A program made the position numbers and the translations under genes. A DNA stretch of 64,000 bases, taken from assembly GCF_025370755.1 (NCBI RefSeq), contig NZ_JAMXFC010000004.1, positions 81,505 through 145,504 on the forward strand, in the 5' to 3' direction. This document shows, one piece after another, positions 11,903 to 20,775 of the stretch; within the stretch, counting starts at the first letter, position 1; each line of letters starts with the position of its first letter. This DNA is from Laspinema sp. D2d. Its GTDB lineage: Bacteria; Cyanobacteriota; Cyanobacteriia; Cyanobacteriales; Laspinemataceae. The notes under the pieces were generated by a model. The model was not told the DNA's origin. It did no database searches and worked only from the letters and a program-made list of their open reading frames with translations.

Positions 11903-14900
11903 TTACTCGGGGATTGTTTCGGTTGTTTGATTGAGATTCATCGGCAACCACAAGGTAAAAGTAGACCCTTTTTCTGCCTCACTTTCTACCTTAATTTCAC
12001 CCCCCATCATCTTGCAGAAGCGTTGGGAAATTGCCAGTCCTAACCCCGTTCCCCCATACTTACGAGTGGTGGAGGCATCCGCTTGACTAAAGGCTTCAAA
12101 AATGTTTTCCAGTTGTTCGGGGGAAATGCCGATGCCGGTATCGGTGACGCGAAACTCAATTCCCGGAGTCTGTTCCCCCAAAGTGTCTGGGGTTACAGGG
12201 TCGCGAACCCATTCCCTAGCTTCACGGGGAGTAACGGTTAAGGCGATCGTCCCGTTTTCGGTAAATTTCGCCGCATTACTCAGCAGATTGAATAAAATCT
12301 GTCGCACTTTGGTTAAGTCTCCCGTCATCATTCCCACCGCTGGATCACAGTTGAGTTCTAAGTGATTGCCATTTTTTATAATTAAAGGTTCAACGGTACT
12401 GATCACCTCAGAAATCAGAAGGGTGACGTCAAAAGGTTCGAGATACAGGGTCATCCGTCCCGCTTCAATTTTAGAGATATCTAAGATATCGTTAATTAAC
12501 GATAACAGGTGTTTTCCAGCGGTTCTAATTTTAGTCAAGTCGGCGATCGCCTGTTGTTCTCCAGCATCTTCCATTTCTTCTGCTAAGATTTCGCTATAGC
12601 CGATAATGGCGTTGAGGGGAGTGCGAAGTTCATGACTCATATTCGCCAAAAAGGTACTTTTAGAACGACTCGCCGCCTCTGCGGCATGGAGTGCCTTTTT
12701 CAAGTCTTGTTCGGCGCGAACTCGCTGGGAAATATCTGTACTAATCGAGATCAGTCCGACAATCGTCCCGCTGGGGTCCTTGATGGCATCTGCACTCAAC
12801 AGGACTGGAATAGTGCGATCGCTGGAGGTGCGATGGATGACTTCCCCACTCCAGGAGTTGCCCTGCATAATGGTTTCAAACACCTGGGTTCCGAGGATTG
12901 GGTCCGCAAAGACTGCTAAAGGTCCTCCGGCGGCATTTAATTGTTCCGGTGTTTCATATTCATACAGGTGAGAAAAGGCGGAGTTGTGATAGATATGACA
13001 GCCAAACCGATTGCTGATGGCGATCGCATCCCCAGAACTTTCTACCGCCTTGCGTGTGAGAATTAATTCGGATTCCGCTTCTTTGCGGGCGGTGATATCT
13101 TCCACCATTGCGATCGCAAATTGTGGGGTTTCTCCTTTTCCAGAAACCAGAGAAACACTCAACCGACCCCAAATTCGACTGCCATTTTTACAGCGATATC
13201 TTTTTTCGATTTGATACCCCTTGCGCTGTCCCGTCACCATCTCAATCGCTAGTAACCGTTCTATCTTTTGGTCTAACGGATCGCTGAGTTCTAGGCAAAT
13301 TTTTCCCTGTAATTCCTCAGCGGAATACCCTAACATGGACTGAAATGCGGGATTACTATCTAAAATTTCCCAATCTAACGTCCGCACAAGAATTCCAATG
13401 GCTGCTCCTTCAAAAATTGCCCGAAACCGTTGCTCACTCTCGCGTAAAGCGGCTTCAACATTGGCTTTTTCGATAATTTCTATCCGCAACTGTTCCAAAC
13501 TGGTATTCAGTTCAGACGTGCGCTGTTTAACTCGCCTTTCCAGTTGAGTATTGGCATTATTCAGCGCCTCTTCGGCTATTTTATGGTTGGTAATGTCCCG
13601 TGAGTTAATCACCAAGCCGTTCACTGCTGGTTCTGCCAGCAAATTGCGCCCGATGGATTCAAAATGTAAAATCTCTCCCGTCGCTCGCTGCACCCGATAC
13701 TGAATAGTCATAATTAAGTCAGGATGGTTAGCGAGCATCTGATAGGTCTCTCTCACTTTTGTCCCATCATCGGGGTGAACAAAAACGGTGGCATTATGAC
13801 CAATCAGTTCTTCAGGATAGTAACCCAGGATGCGCTCAACCGAGGGACTGTGATAGCGGATTGTGCCATCGGGTTCGAGGATAGTAATCATATCCGAGCT
13901 ATTTTGAATCAGCGATCGCCATTTTGCTTCGCTTTGAGTGACTGCTTCTTCGGCTAACTTGCGATCGGTAATATCAATCATGACCCCTTCCCAGAGAATA
14001 TCTCCATTCTCCTGTTGTTCGGGTCGGGCCACACATTGTAACCATTTGAGCGTACCCGACTGCATGATAAACCGGCCTTCCCATCGCCAGGGTTCCATTG
14101 GTTGGGTCTTCGCAGCCAGGGAGCGATCGTAACTCGATCGGTCCTCGGGATGAATCATCTCTCCCAAAATATAGGGATGCTGCTTCATATAGTCCGGTTC
14201 TACCTCCAGGACATCCAGACAACCAGAGGATAAAAAAGGAAAAGAAACCGATCCATCTTGATGGATTACAGACTGATAAATTAATCCGGGAATATTATCG
14301 GCTAACTTTTGAAACCGTGCTTCACTCTGTTCTAAAGCACGGATAGCTACAAATTTTTCCGTTACATCCTGGACGAGAGAGGCGACGCCTATCATTTGAC
14401 CTTCGGAGTCTACTAACGGGGTATTGTGCCACTCACAAATAATCACCCGACCCTCTTTAGTTTGATTCTCGTTCGTGCTATAAATCCCGCCTTCTTGATG
14501 TAATAGCGCTTGTAAAACTTCTTCGTTGACTTCCCATTGAGCTTTCTCAGGAATCAACTCTAAAGCATGATGCCCCAGGATTTCTTCCCGGGTATAACCA
14601 AAGAGTCGTTCCGCTGCGGGGTTCCAGTTGCTGACTTCAAATTTTAAGTTCCATTCGATCGCCGCCAGGGGAGTTTGCTGGAGGTGGATTGCCAATTTTT
14701 GTTGGGATTCTTGCAGGGCCGATTCCGCCTGCCTGCGATGGGTAATATCGGTGGCAGTCCCCGTCGTGCCACAGATATTGCCCGACTCATCCCGGATGAG
14801 GACCGCATTGAAGCTCAAAAATACTGGCGTTCCATCTTGGCGGCGATGTTGAGTTTCGTAGGGAAACACTGACTCCCCCGCTTGCAGGCGATCGAACATC

Positions 14901-15511
14901 TGCCGATCTTTGACCCCTTGTTCCGGGTCCATAAACTCAAAAAAGAATCGCCCCAGCATCTCCTGGGGTGCATATCCGTAAATTTCTTGGGCCGCCCGGT
15001 TGACAAAAGTCCAGCGGCCCTCCTGGTCTAGGGACCAAATTAAATCCCGAGAGGTTTCGACTAAATTCCGGTAATGCCGCTCACTTTGATGCAGGGCCGC
15101 TTCTAACTCCTGCTGTTCCGTGATATCTCGTCCTACCGCATAGCTGATGCTGTCTGGGTAGTGACACGCTTTCCAGGCAAACCAACGATAGGTACCGTTT
15201 TTGTGGCGATAGCGATTTTTAAGGGAGACATCGGATTGGTGAACGGGATTGGGGAGGGTGATGCTGAGGTGTTGATCTTCCGGGTGGAGAAACTCGCTCC
15301 AAGGTCGCCCCAGCAATTCTTCCTGGGTCCATCCTAAAAGATGAGTCCATGCTGGGTTAACCCGCTTGAAATAGCCATCGGTTCCGATAATGCAAAAGAG
15401 ATCAGCAGAGAGTTTAAAGAAAATTGTCGAGATGAGGTGAATCGCCTCAGTCTCGTTTTTCGCCGTGTTGAGTGCCTCATAAAAGCGATGGGAGTCCCCG
15501 GGTGCATTCAT
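11903..15511 (-). CDS. Multi-PAS/PAC sensor histidine kinase (about 7 PAS domains, HisKA, HATPase_c) with no receiver domain.
   Basis: 1202 aa. Repeated PAS S-box patterns, H-box MSHELRTPLNAIIGYSEIL, and G-boxes DTGIGI / GGTGLGL. Confidence 0.9.
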   Translation of the reverse strand: MNAPGDSHRFYEALNTAKNETEAIHLISTIFFKLSADLFCIIGTDGYFKRVNPAWTHLLGWTQEELLGRPWSEFLHPEDQHLSITLPNPVHQSDVSLKNRYRHKNGTYRWFAWKACHYPDSISYAVGRDITEQQELEAALHQSERHYRNLVETSRDLIWSLDQEGRWTFVNRAAQEIYGYAPQEMLGRFFFEFMDPEQGVKDRQMFDRLQAGESVFPYETQHRRQDGTPVFLSFNAVLIRDESGNICGTTGTATDITHRRQAESALQESQQKLAIHLQQTPLAAIEWNLKFEVSNWNPAAERLFGYTREEILGHHALELIPEKAQWEVNEEVLQALLHQEGGIYSTNENQTKEGRVIICEWHNTPLVDSEGQMIGVASLVQDVTEKFVAIRALEQSEARFQKLADNIPGLIYQSVIHQDGSVSFPFLSSGCLDVLEVEPDYMKQHPYILGEMIHPEDRSSYDRSLAAKTQPMEPWRWEGRFIMQSGTLKWLQCVARPEQQENGDILWEGVMIDITDRKLAEEAVTQSEAKWRSLIQNSSDMITILEPDGTIRYHSPSVERILGYYPEELIGHNATVFVHPDDGTKVRETYQMLANHPDLIMTIQYRVQRATGEILHFESIGRNLLAEPAVNGLVINSRDITNHKIAEEALNNANTQLERRVKQRTSELNTSLEQLRIEIIEKANVEAALRESEQRFRAIFEGAAIGILVRTLDWEILDSNPAFQSMLGYSAEELQGKICLELSDPLDQKIERLLAIEMVTGQRKGYQIEKRYRCKNGSRIWGRLSVSLVSGKGETPQFAIAMVEDITARKEAESELILTRKAVESSGDAIAISNRFGCHIYHNSAFSHLYEYETPEQLNAAGGPLAVFADPILGTQVFETIMQGNSWSGEVIHRTSSDRTIPVLLSADAIKDPSGTIVGLISISTDISQRVRAEQDLKKALHAAEAASRSKSTFLANMSHELRTPLNAIIGYSEILAEEMEDAGEQQAIADLTKIRTAGKHLLSLINDILDISKIEAGRMTLYLEPFDVTLLISEVISTVEPLIIKNGNHLELNCDPAVGMMTGDLTKVRQILFNLLSNAAKFTENGTIALTVTPREAREWVRDPVTPDTLGEQTPGIEFRVTDTGIGISPEQLENIFEAFSQADASTTRKYGGTGLGLAISQRFCKMMGGEIKVESEAEKGSTFTLWLPMNLNQTTETIPE

Positions 15512-15941
15512 AATATGTTGTCAATCCTGTTATTAGATCTGAAGAGTCTGTGAACCCCCATTTAAGCGATCGCCTCCCCTGACCTGATGGGTTGCGTTCC
15601 CGACTGGTCTTAACCCTGATTTGTCCCTGAAAACGGGTACAGATGGATACTATTTCTGATTTTAAAAAAATAGGAACTCAAAAAAGTAGATGGCCCTGCA
15701 AAATCTGTTTTTCCTGATTTCCATTCCCTGGACTCTGGAAATCCTCAAGCTCGTACGTCGAGTCCGTCTAAATCATGTTGCTCCACAGGTTGGGGCGGAT
15801 TCTTTGCCTTAATCGCAAAGCCTCTCGGGAGGGAAAAAGCCCCTAACCAGAATTCTGCAACTGATTTAGACTCGGTATATTCCTACTTCTAAAGATAATC
15901 TTAGTTTGACAAACTCCTTGAGGATTAGTCAAGTCTCGGCC

Positions 15942-16643
15942 CTAATCTTCAAATTTATAGCCCACACCAATAACCGTTTTAATAAAAGATGGATTCGCCG
16001 GGTCGAGTTCTATTTTTTTTCGCAAGCGGGCGACATGAGTATCGACAACCCGTTCATCGCCGAAAAAGTCATCCCCCCAGAGTTTTTCTATCAATTGCGA
16101 TCGCTGCCAAACCCGTCCAGGATAGCTTAAAAACGTTGACAGCAGATTAAACTCCAAGGTGGTTAAATCTAAGGTTTCCAACTCCCGGTTTTGCAGTTGC
16201 CTCGTAGCAATCCGTCGGTCCACATCCACCATAAAATGTTCGGTTTGGTAAATCTGAGAACTCTGATTCCCTTGGCGGAGGCTCCTTCGCAACAAGGCGC
16301 GGACCCGGGCCACCAATTCCCGAGGGCTGAACGGTTTGACCATATAATCATCGGCCCCGGTGGATAAGCCGATCACCCGGTCAATTTCCTCCCCTCGGGC
16401 GGTGAGCACTAAAATATACGGGTCTTTGGGTCCCGGTTTTTGCCGGATGCGCGCACAGACTTCTAACCCATCCAATCCCGGAAGCATTAAGTCTAAAACG
16501 ATTAAGTCTGGCTGTTCTGCTTCAAAGACACTCAGGGCCGTTAAACCATCGCGACAATTGAGGCATTGAAACCCTTCGGCTTCTAAGGCGCGTCCCACAA
16601 TCCGCGCAATTTCCGGTTCATCTTCAACGATTAAAATTTTCAT
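15942..16643 (-). CDS. OmpR-family response regulator (receiver plus winged-helix DNA-binding domain).
   Basis: MKILIVEDEPEIARIV...DLIVLDLMLPGLDG...GADDYMVKPFSPRELVARVRALLRR, C-terminal winged helix. Lies 20 bp downstream of the kinase gene. Confidence 0.9.
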   Translation of the reverse strand: MKILIVEDEPEIARIVGRALEAEGFQCLNCRDGLTALSVFEAEQPDLIVLDLMLPGLDGLEVCARIRQKPGPKDPYILVLTARGEEIDRVIGLSTGADDYMVKPFSPRELVARVRALLRRSLRQGNQSSQIYQTEHFMVDVDRRIATRQLQNRELETLDLTTLEFNLLSTFLSYPGRVWQRSQLIEKLWGDDFFGDERVVDTHVARLRKKIELDPANPSFIKTVIGVGYKFED

Positions 16644-16663
16644 AACATCGCCCCTTGCCTCCC

Positions 16664-19003
16664 TTAACTCACCGGCGTGGGATATCCATGAGGGGCCGCA
16701 TCCAAAGCCGGGGCAATCTCAAGGTCCTGGGTCTTTTCCACGGGCTGTTTTTTTTCTGGATACACCGCCAGATCGAACCAGAAGGTGGTTCCTACCCCCA
16801 CTTCGCTGACTAAATGCATTTGGGCATGATGTTTTTCCATAATATTGCGGACAATGGAAAGACCCAACCCGGTGCCTTCTAAGGTATGAACTCGGTTTTC
16901 CACCCGGAAGAAGCGATCGAAAATCGCAACTTGATCTTCTGCGGCAATCCCGATTCCCGTATCCCCTACTTCAATTCGCACCATCGGCACATTCGGTTTC
17001 TGCTGCTGGTTCGGGAGGGGACATTGGGGATTCCCCCGCCAAGAATTATCCTCTTCGGTTTCCAACAAATAGGCGCGAATCGCAATTCGTCCCCCGGGTT
17101 CGGTGAACTTCAGGGCGTTTCCCACCAAGTTGGCAAAGACTTGTAAGAGTAAATCATAGTTAGCCACCACTGGAGGTAACTCGGGGTCAACTTCTTGAAT
17201 CAGGTCGATATTTTTATCTTTGGCATTGAGTTGATAGGTACGCAGGGTTTGCTCCACAGGTTGAGCCAGTTCTACGGCTTCAAACTGATAAGTCTTGCTC
17301 GATTCCAGGCGCGAGAGGTCTAGGACATCGTTAACCAAGCGGGTGAGGCGATCGGTTTCCCGGTTGGCGGTTTCTAAAAATTCCTGACGTTCCTCTTGGG
17401 TGAGTTCTTCCCCATACTCATGCAAAGTTTCAATAAAAGACTTGATATTAAATAAGGGCGTTCTCAGTTCATGGGAGACATTGCTAATAAACTGACTCTT
17501 AGCTTCATTCAGCTTGACCTCCCGAGTAATATCTTGAACCGTCATCGCAATCCCTTTGAGACTCTCGCGATATTGCGCCGTCGCTGAGGAAACCGAGTCA
17601 TCATGATAGAGGGTGCATTCCGTGGCGTAGGGCCGTTCTGGGGCGGTACAGGTATCTTCGTGATGGTAGGTGCAACTCTTGCATAAAGGATCGACTCCGG
17701 GGGCTTTATGCAGCAGCACGGTACTGAGTAAAATTCGGACAGTGCGTTTTGTGGGTTCGCTCAGGGTGAGGCGAAACTCTCCACTCTCTCGGGACGCATA
17801 GCCGTTGGCGGAAATATCTCCCTCCCCGTCATTGGCGGAGGAAACCTCTCTCAGGGAATCCCCGGCGGCCATTTCATAGAGGGGTTGGGTTAATTCGGCA
17901 CTGACTGCATCCGGGAGCAAATCCAGGATATTTTGAGAAATCAGGTTTTTGCCTTCCCAGCCGAAAATTCGCCTTGCGGTGGGGTTGACTAAAATAACCT
18001 GTAAGGAAGTGTCTAATAAGACGGCTCCATCGGCGATGGTAGAAACGAGGGTTTCGAGTTTGGCTTTTTCGGCGGTGAGTTCTTCAATGTTTTGCTCCTC
18101 ATACCGTTCTAGCCGTTCAGCCATTTCATTAAAGCTGCAAATTAATTCCCCGAGTTCCCCTTGTAGGGGCAAGTCTATCCGCTGCTTAAAGTTTCCTGTA
18201 GCAATGTTTTTGACCCCAACCAGTAACTCTTTAATCGGTTTGGTAATGGTTAAGGCATTAAAGACGGCCCCTAAAATCACCATCACCCAGATGGAGATAA
18301 ACACGGCAATGGTGACATCTCGGGTGAGGTTGGAGGAGGTGACTACGGTGGGATTGGGGTTGATGCCGATCGCCAAGACGCCCAAATATTCGTTGTCGTG
18401 TGCCAGGGGGACAAAAACATCGGTGACGGTGCCATCCGGGGTGCGATGCTGCCGGACCATTGGCAAATCATAGGTATTGGCAAACCCTTCGGGAAGTTGA
18501 ATCCGCCGTTGCAGGGTTAGGGAATTTTGAACTTCGGACTCGGAAAAGGGAATTCCCAGGAAGATTTGACCTTCCTTATCGGCATAGAGCATATAGCGCA
18601 CGCTGGTGGTACTGCTATAGAACCGATGCGAAAAGCGGGCCACTTCTGTGCGATTATCTTCCGCAATTAACGGGGCGACATTGGCCGCCAGCAGCAGTCC
18701 CAAATCCCGACCGAAGCGGGTGTCATTGATTCGGGCATCCTGCTGAATGGTATTGACAGCCCAGAATGTGAGTCCACTCATAATGAGGGACACAACCAGG
18801 GTGGCGGCTGCCATCAGTCGGGTCTGGAGGGTGAATTCGGACCACCAACGGGCAATAATTTCTCGGATTTTGTTTAGGAGAGCCAGCAAGGTTCTTTCTA
18901 TCCGGTGGAAGGCAATGATGAGAGATGAGTCTATTGATATTGTGCCACGTTCTGAAGTTTTGCGATGAAGGGGCGTGGTTTTTTCTGAGGCGATCGCCCT
19001 CAA
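16664..19003 (-). CDS. nblS: NblS/Hik33(DspA)-like sensor histidine kinase (two TM segments, HAMP, PAS, HisKA, HATPase). The true start is probably an internal Met.
   Basis: N-terminus WWSEFTLQTRLMAAATLVVSLIMSGLTFWAVNTIQQDARINDTRFGRDLGLLLAANVAPLIAE matches my memory of the Hik33/NblS N-terminal signature. H-box ISNVSHELRTPLFNIKSF, ending GVGTTFWFDLAVY. Confidence 0.65.
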   Translation of the reverse strand: MRAIASEKTTPLHRKTSERGTISIDSSLIIAFHRIERTLLALLNKIREIIARWWSEFTLQTRLMAAATLVVSLIMSGLTFWAVNTIQQDARINDTRFGRDLGLLLAANVAPLIAEDNRTEVARFSHRFYSSTTSVRYMLYADKEGQIFLGIPFSESEVQNSLTLQRRIQLPEGFANTYDLPMVRQHRTPDGTVTDVFVPLAHDNEYLGVLAIGINPNPTVVTSSNLTRDVTIAVFISIWVMVILGAVFNALTITKPIKELLVGVKNIATGNFKQRIDLPLQGELGELICSFNEMAERLERYEEQNIEELTAEKAKLETLVSTIADGAVLLDTSLQVILVNPTARRIFGWEGKNLISQNILDLLPDAVSAELTQPLYEMAAGDSLREVSSANDGEGDISANGYASRESGEFRLTLSEPTKRTVRILLSTVLLHKAPGVDPLCKSCTYHHEDTCTAPERPYATECTLYHDDSVSSATAQYRESLKGIAMTVQDITREVKLNEAKSQFISNVSHELRTPLFNIKSFIETLHEYGEELTQEERQEFLETANRETDRLTRLVNDVLDLSRLESSKTYQFEAVELAQPVEQTLRTYQLNAKDKNIDLIQEVDPELPPVVANYDLLLQVFANLVGNALKFTEPGGRIAIRAYLLETEEDNSWRGNPQCPLPNQQQKPNVPMVRIEVGDTGIGIAAEDQVAIFDRFFRVENRVHTLEGTGLGLSIVRNIMEKHHAQMHLVSEVGVGTTFWFDLAVYPEKKQPVEKTQDLEIAPALDAAPHGYPTPVS

Positions 19004-19078
19004 CCCCTCCGGAGTCGTTCAGGGAAGTCCGGCGATCGCTCTCATGGGTTGCCGATTTCCCGATTAAACGGATTCACT

Positions 19079-19519
19079 TCACGGTTCCTGGCGCAAAATT
19101 TCTCGGACCTCCATTAAAATCTGACCCAATTTATTTTGTCCGCTGCCATCTTGACCACATCCCCAGTAATAATCATGGGGGGCATTTTCTACAAGTTCCT
19201 CATCTCCCGTTCCTAGCAAAATCTCCCGAATGTCGTCATGAGTCTGGAATTTTTTGAGGACTGCACGGCGCATGATTTCATCTTTGACGGTTTCCCAATC
19301 CGATCGCAAGGGACGTTTGCGATCGCGTCCCATGTTGGCGGCATCTTTGGGGTTGTTGACTTGTCGAATTTGTTCGGCATGGGGTGTTCCGACAAATTTT
19401 TGGGCTTGAAAATAATGTTCACTCGTCGGCCACCACACCCCATCTAACTCAAACCCATGTCGGGAAAAATTCGAGAAACATCCATATTCGCTACGGGTGC
19501 TATAAAAATATACAGTCAC
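19079..19519 (-). CDS. NADAR-domain protein (YbiA-like, DUF1768), GTG start.
   Basis: 146 aa. FYSTRSEYGCFSNFS...WPTSEHYFQAQKF...HDYYWGCG is the NADAR signature. AGGAG lies 8 nt upstream of the GTG. Confidence 0.8.
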   Translation of the reverse strand: MTVYFYSTRSEYGCFSNFSRHGFELDGVWWPTSEHYFQAQKFVGTPHAEQIRQVNNPKDAANMGRDRKRPLRSDWETVKDEIMRRAVLKKFQTHDDIREILLGTGDEELVENAPHDYYWGCGQDGSGQNKLGQILMEVREILRQEP

Positions 19520-19539
19520 AGTCTATACTCCTGTCCCTT

Positions 19540-20088
19540 TCAACTCAGGGCTTTTTCGATTAAATCGGTATATTTTTCCAGGGTAGTCGCATAATAACTT
19601 AAAAAATCTAGGGCCGGTTGACGAACGACCTTATCAAATTTCTCGACTTCGTTTGGTAGCACCTTTAAGGGTTGGGTAACCAGATAGCGACTGGAACTAT
19701 AATCAATATCTCCCTGTTTTAAATTTTCTTCTTCTTTGAGTTTTCCAATGAGCAGTTCTCCCAGGTTATAGTCGGAAGATTTGATATAAAGTAGAGGCGG
19801 ATTGTCCATGCCAAACAATCGTTCTGGGGTTAATCCTTCTAACCCAATTAATATGACATACTCATCATATTGAGACACCCAATTAGAATTAGAAATATAA
19901 ATTTCTGTGTCTTCATACACGATAAAATTCCACTGATTTTGCCACCAGGAATTTTTAATTAAATCGGCTTCCAGAGATTCTAAAAAATCCTGGAGTTCAG
20001 TTCTGAGGGTTTGTTCAGCTTTGAGAAGTTCCTGATAGGTTTCCCAATTTTTGGCTAATAACTTACTTTCATCTGAGAAAATTTTCAT
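19540..20088 (-). CDS. Hypothetical protein, 182 aa, acidic, no recognisable motif.
   Basis: The ORF lies 3 nt after the upstream gene and 20 nt before the NADAR gene. No motif recognised. Confidence 0.5.
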   Translation of the reverse strand: MKIFSDESKLLAKNWETYQELLKAEQTLRTELQDFLESLEADLIKNSWWQNQWNFIVYEDTEIYISNSNWVSQYDEYVILIGLEGLTPERLFGMDNPPLLYIKSSDYNLGELLIGKLKEEENLKQGDIDYSSSRYLVTQPLKVLPNEVEKFDKVVRQPALDFLSYYATTLEKYTDLIEKALS

Positions 20089-20091
20089 AAA

Positions 20092-20775
20092 TCATACCCT
20101 TGACACCACCTCAATCCAGTCTACCAAAATATGTTTAAGTTTTAGATCATTGAGTTGCGGCACAACTTGGTCCAAGGCGACGGCGAGTTGGGGATAGGAA
20201 ATCTGGTGCCAATGGGAGGGGTCTCCACTGACGGGTGCTCGCCCTTCGGGGGTTAAAAAGATGGCAATTTGTCGTTCTTTGGGGATGCGTTGCGCTGAAC
20301 CTAACCGGCGCATCTCCATAATTTCTAAGTCCGCTTGGTTGATGCCTTCTCGGTCCAAAATATTGTTATCGATCGCCACTAAAAACTCACCGGGTCGATA
20401 CAGGATCAAGTCCAGGCGCAATTGAGGTGCGATCGCCCCAGAGAGGAGGCGATAGGGTTGGGTGAAATGTTCTGAGGGAATGCAATTACCACAGAGTTTG
20501 ACAAGCTGTTCTAAAAACAGTGAACCTTGCCCATGACTGCCTTCCGCATCCAATAGCCACCCTAATACTGTTGTTTGGGTTGTCTCATTTTTGCTCAGTT
20601 GCAAAAGAGAGAATAGATTAAAATTAGCAATCTGACGCTGCCTGGACTTCTGACGGATGTCGGAAAAACTTGACAAGAATGCCGACATCTGAGCTTGGGT
20701 TTTTTCTCGTTTTGATTGCCCTAACGTTCTAAATTTACCGAGAAGGGCGCTCATTTTTTGGACTTTAGATGGCAT
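20092..20775 (-). CDS. PD-(D/E)xK nuclease-superfamily-like protein (PDDEXK_4-type N-terminal signature).
   Basis: The motif LGWLLDAEGSHGQGSLFLEQL matches the conserved LAWLLDP-GSHGLG-FL block of that family. Its ATG lies 11 nt upstream of the stop of the preceding kinase gene. Confidence 0.5.
   Translation of the reverse strand: MPSKVQKMSALLGKFRTLGQSKREKTQAQMSAFLSSFSDIRQKSRQRQIANFNLFSLLQLSKNETTQTTVLGWLLDAEGSHGQGSLFLEQLVKLCGNCIPSEHFTQPYRLLSGAIAPQLRLDLILYRPGEFLVAIDNNILDREGINQADLEIMEMRRLGSAQRIPKERQIAIFLTPEGRAPVSGDPSHWHQISYPQLAVALDQVVPQLNDLKLKHILVDWIEVVSRV

Noticed and set aside
17949-18968. Plus-strand ORFs inside the NblS-like kinase gene (17949..18473, 18460..18729, 18747..18968).
   Set aside because: They are antisense to a conserved kinase ORF and carry no motifs.
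19540-20088. Considered whether the 182-aa unknown protein is a DarT-like ADP-ribosyltransferase partnering the NADAR protein.
   Set aside because: No H-Y-E / R-S-E ART-like motif or DarT N-terminal signature is visible. This is left as unknown.
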